Positions 63,157-64,000 of a stretch of DNA of 64,000 bases are shown here, piece after piece. The DNA is taken from NCBI GenBank assembly GCA_041665145.1, contig JBAYJK010000001.1:357629-421628 (forward strand), read 5' to 3'. Each line of letters opens with the position of its first letter. Within the stretch, counting starts at the first letter, position 1. The position numbers and the translations under genes are program-made. The notes beneath the pieces were generated by a model, which made no database searches, was not told where the DNA came from, and saw only the letters and a program-made list of their open reading frames with translations. Source of the DNA: Patescibacteria group bacterium (GTDB lineage: Bacteria; Patescibacteriota; Microgenomatia; UBA1406).

Positions 63157-64000
63157 TTAATTAACGACTTTTCCTTCTTCTACTTTTTCATCCTTTTTAT
63201 CAGCGGCTGGTTCTGCTGCCTGTTGTCCGTCGTTGGAAGCTTCTTGGCTCTGCTCGGGACTTTGCTTATCCGCGGCTTTCTGGTCTTTGTACATATACTG
63301 ACCGATTTTTGACAAAGTCTCATTAAGCTCCTTAACAGCCGTATCAAGCGTGTCCTTATCCTCGCTGTCTTTGAGTTTTTTGACCGCATTGATTTTGCTT
63401 TTAACTTCTTCAACAATTTCTTTCGGCGCTTTGTCACCGGCATCTTTCAAAGATTTCTCCGCGGTGTAGATAAGCGACTCTGCCTGGTTTTTTACTTCGA
63501 TGAGTTCCTTTGCTTTTTGGTCTTCTTCGGCATGTTCCTCAGCGGCCTTTTTCATTTTTTCGATTTCATCTTTCGTAAGACCAGTTGAGCCGGTTATCTT
63601 GATGCTTTGTTCCTTGCCCGTTGCTTTATCATGAGCAGTAACGGTCAAGATTCCGTTCGCATCAAGATCAAACTTAACTTCAACTTGCGGGACACCCCGA
63701 GGTGCAGGTGGAATTCCTTCAAGAATGAACCTCCCGAGTGATTTATTGTCCTTCGCAAGAGGTCGTTCACCCTGCAGAACGTTAATTTCGACCGAGGTCT
63801 GATTATCAGCGGCAGTACTGAACGTTTCCGCTTTCGATGTAGGAATAGTGGTGTTTCTCTGAATGAGTGGTGTCATCACACTACCCATCGTTTCTACACC
63901 GAGTGTTAACGGCGTAACATCCAACAGCACTACGTCGCGGACTTCGCCGCTGATGACACCTGCCTGAATCGCTGCACCAATTGCGACCACTTCATCCGGG
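63157..64000 (-). CDS. dnaK: Chaperone DnaK (Hsp70), C-terminal part; 5' end beyond the window
   Basis: [10 protein letters not shown]...[16 protein letters not shown]...substrate-binding domain and helical lid. Frame is open to the window edge. Confidence 0.97.
   Translation of the reverse strand, partial: PDEVVAIGAAIQAGVISGEVRDVVLLDVTPLTLGVETMGSVMTPLIQRNTTIPTSKAETFSTAADNQTSVEINVLQGERPLAKDNKSLGRFILEGIPPAPRGVPQVEVKFDLDANGILTVTAHDKATGKEQSIKITGSTGLTKDEIEKMKKAAEEHAEEDQKAKELIEVKNQAESLIYTAEKSLKDAGDKAPKEIVEEVKSKINAVKKLKDSEDKDTLDTAVKELNETLSKIGQYMYKDQKAADKQSPEQSQEASNDGQQAAEPAADKKDEKVEEGKVVN

Noticed and set aside
63118-63312. 64-aa plus-strand ORF at the dnaK 3' end
   Set aside because: It is antisense to the conserved dnaK C-terminus and begins inside the terminator hairpin. 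It has no supporting features.

Overview
Gene-dense (well over 90% coding) bacterial chromosome segment with no rRNA, CRISPR array, transposase or integrase. All calls rest on motif recognition by eye; no database search was possible.

Layout:
- nt 1-3356: a glycan module (processive GT2, WecA/MraY-like transferase, PEGA/SH3b protein).
- nt 3609-20854: one co-directional block of 37 translation genes: tuf, then S10, spc and alpha operon genes, then rplM-rpsI. It also contains secY, adk, map, infA and rpmJ.
- nt 20900-28249: envelope genes (EamA, VanW, an orphan substrate-binding protein, LysM, a GH73-like hydrolase, LemA-HtpX) plus tRNA-Asp(GTC) and tRNA-Thr(CGT).
- nt 28233-35972: a Wzx/Wzy-type polysaccharide cluster (five glycosyltransferases, a flippase, an O-antigen-ligase-like protein, a methyltransferase), followed by tRNA-Val(CAC).
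- nt 36318-50526, minus strand: a 12-gene reduced dcw-like operon in the order glmU-like, yvcK-like, dgkA, mraY, murD, ftsW, murG, ftsQ, ftsA, ftsZ, ileS, rodA.
- nt 50560-64000: rplU-rpmA with a short ParB-like gene, lepB, topA, an rpsT-led PilN/PilO-like operon, murJ, an archaeal-type AMP/thymidine phosphorylase, mltG, a zinc-finger-less DnaJ, and the 3' part of dnaK.

Likely source: absence of L30 between rpsE and rplO, the very compact gene packing, near-absence of Shine-Dalgarno motifs and the archaeal-like phosphorylase are consistent with a Candidate Phyla Radiation (Patescibacteria) genome using the standard code. This is an inference.

Most interesting observations:
1. Two adjacent surface proteins share an [LI]PxAG + hydrophobic C-terminal sorting-like signal. 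They sit in a tightly coupled operon with orphan PilN/PilO-like proteins.
2. A -10-like hexamer lies 6-12 nt upstream of the start codon of almost every operon-leading gene, implying leaderless or near-leaderless mRNAs.
3. A near-consensus promoter, a ~110-nt leader and a terminator-like hairpin sit between rpsJ and rplC.
4. adk is fused to a second P-loop kinase domain.
5. uL24 carries a CxxC...CxxC zinc ribbon.
6. The ParB-like protein lacks the N-terminal domain.
7. An AT-rich repeat/palindrome element lies upstream of the tuf promoter.
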